Shown here piece by piece: positions 38,893-40,000 of a DNA stretch of 40,000 nt; positions within the stretch are counted from its first letter, which is position 1, and each line of letters starts with the position of its first letter. A program made the position numbers and the translations under genes. Where the stretch lies: positions 151,909-191,908 of the forward strand of contig NZ_LR722653.1 in the NCBI RefSeq assembly GCF_902500225.1. Direction: 5' to 3'. Below the pieces are notes generated by a model, which was given only the letters and a program-made list of their open reading frames with translations, made no database searches and was not told where the DNA came from. Origin of the DNA: Buttiauxella massiliensis (GTDB lineage: Bacteria; Pseudomonadota; Gammaproteobacteria; Enterobacterales; Enterobacteriaceae).

Positions 38893-40000
38893 ATGATCAA
38901 ACAAAGCACAAAAGAGTTAATCGCAATGCCTTCCTTCATTTTGCCTGCGGGGTTGGGGTTCTTAAGTTTCATATTCACTTTGTACTCCCTGGAACTGTCT
39001 CTGGTCGGTACTGTTTTAGCACCGCTTTGGTTCCCAACATCCATCATGATGGTGGCCTTATTCCGTAATCCAGTCCGTCAATGGCCAATGATCATTGTGG
39101 TATGCGCTCTCGGAAGTTTATGCGCTTCTGCTATTTTGCAGCCCATACATGAGATTAATCTCGGCTACACCGCTATAAATGTTATCGAGGCATTGTTTGG
39201 CGCATCGTTAATGCGGCGTTTCCTCACGCAAATTAACCCATTGCAAAACCTCAATAATTGGGTTCGTCTGGTTTTCTGCAGTGCCATAGTTCCCCCTCTT
39301 ATTGGCGGCGTGCTGGCAGTTTGGCTCGCGGGCCCTGATGGCGGAAACATTGCTAAAACTTTTTTCGTTTGGGTTTTATCCGAAACCATCGGTACTTTGG
39401 CGTTAGTCCCAACAGCATTATTGTTTAAACCAAGCTATTTATTACGCCATAAAAATCCGAAACTATTATTAGAAACAATATTCACTTTTGTTATCACCCT
39501 GACACTTAGCTACCTTGCTCTGCGTTATATGCCGTGGCCATTTACCTTTATTATTGTCTTTCTAATGTGGAGTGCTATTCGCCTGCCGCGTCTGGAAGCT
39601 TTTGTTATTTTCCTGGCTACATTAATGGTTGTCTCTTTAATGATGGCAACCAATAGCACGATCGACATGCAACCGCACACGGACATCATGAATAATGCCC
39701 CCTGGCTGCCGTTCCTGATGATTTTATTGCCAGCAAATGTAATGACAATGGTGATGTATTCGTTTCGCGAGGAGCGTAAACACATCACCGAAAGCGAAGC
39801 GCGTTTCCGTAACGCGATGGAGTATTCAGCCATCGGTATGGCGTTGGTATCAACCGATGGCCAGTGGTTGCAGGTCAATAAATCGCTTTGCAAATTCCTC
39901 GGGTATAGCGCCGAACAACTACGCTCACTGACATTCCAGCAAATCACGCATCCGGAAGATTTACACGCTGACTTACAGCAACTCAATATGCTGGTGAGTG
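38893..40000 (+). CDS. dgcE: DgcE (YegE) diguanylate cyclase, 5' part only: MASE1 membrane domain and start of the first PAS domain (continues beyond the window)
   Basis: Not in the supplied ORF track because there is no in-window stop. ATG at 38893 opens a frame that stays uninterrupted for 369 codons to the window end: MIKQSTKELIAMPSFILPAGLGFLSFIFTLYSLELSLVGTVLAPLWFPTSIMMVA...FREERKHITESEARFRNAMEYSAIGMALVSTDGQWLQVNKSLCKFLGYS...HPEDL. This is collinear with my recollection of K-12 YegE (…FTLFSLELSQFGTQLAPLWFPTSIMMVAF…). Confidence 0.9.
   Translation, partial: MIKQSTKELIAMPSFILPAGLGFLSFIFTLYSLELSLVGTVLAPLWFPTSIMMVALFRNPVRQWPMIIVVCALGSLCASAILQPIHEINLGYTAINVIEALFGASLMRRFLTQINPLQNLNNWVRLVFCSAIVPPLIGGVLAVWLAGPDGGNIAKTFFVWVLSETIGTLALVPTALLFKPSYLLRHKNPKLLLETIFTFVITLTLSYLALRYMPWPFTFIIVFLMWSAIRLPRLEAFVIFLATLMVVSLMMATNSTIDMQPHTDIMNNAPWLPFLMILLPANVMTMVMYSFREERKHITESEARFRNAMEYSAIGMALVSTDGQWLQVNKSLCKFLGYSAEQLRSLTFQQITHPEDLHADLQQLNMLVS

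Noticed and set aside
38832-39986. Three minus-strand ORFs (71, 74 and 153 aa) listed by the ORF track
   Set aside because: They are antisense to the conserved dgcE/yegE reading frame, which the track omitted because it has no stop inside the window.
1-40000. Search for CRISPR arrays, tRNA/rRNA genes, IS elements or transposases, integrases, prophage genes, toxin-antitoxin pairs or defence-system genes
   Set aside because: None found by reading both strands. There are no regularly spaced direct repeats, no cloverleaf-like conserved tRNA motifs in intergenic gaps and no terminal inverted repeats flanking the AT-rich block. Every ORF over 150 aa is accounted for by polysaccharide or housekeeping functions. 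The AT-rich O-antigen block is bounded by galF and the JUMPstart, as in ordinary O-antigen loci, rather than by mobile-element ends.

Overview
Enterobacterial chromosome segment that matches, gene for gene, the E. coli K-12 region dgcE(yegE)-udk-dcd-asmA-yegH-[colanic acid wza...wcaM]-galF-[O-antigen locus]. Judged from my memory of the K-12 proteins, identity ranges from about 75% (WcaM) to 95% (Gmd). The source is therefore probably an Escherichia/Citrobacter/Salmonella-group organism rather than K-12 itself. This needs confirming by search.

The window has three parts:
(1) 1-8.9 kb is a strikingly AT-rich Wzx/Wzy-type O-antigen cluster on the minus strand, truncated at the window start. It is the only accessory DNA here.
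(2) 9.07-32.9 kb holds galF and a complete 20-gene colanic acid (cps/wca) operon on the minus strand. It has no insertions or losses relative to K-12.
(3) 33.6-40 kb holds housekeeping genes: yegH(+), asmA(-), dcd(-), udk(-) and the 5' part of dgcE/yegE(+). The dgcE frame runs off the window and is missing from the supplied ORF track.

Non-coding elements I can read directly:
- two JUMPstart/ops (RfaH) elements, one ahead of each polysaccharide operon
- an ERIC/IRU repeat between manC and manB
- two REP-type palindromes
- a candidate galF promoter

I see no tRNA/rRNA genes, CRISPR arrays, IS elements or transposases, integrases, toxin-antitoxin pairs or defence-system genes.

The most unusual content is the O-antigen sugar module. 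It comprises a FnlA/CapE-type UDP-GlcNAc dehydratase, a canonical DegT aminotransferase, a tandem DegT paralog whose PLP-binding lysine is replaced by arginine, and a GNAT with an unassigned C-terminal domain. No fnlB/fnlC, qnl or rml genes are in view.

Several ORF-track starts are over-extended (galF, wcaF, wcaD, gmm, asmA) and are corrected below.
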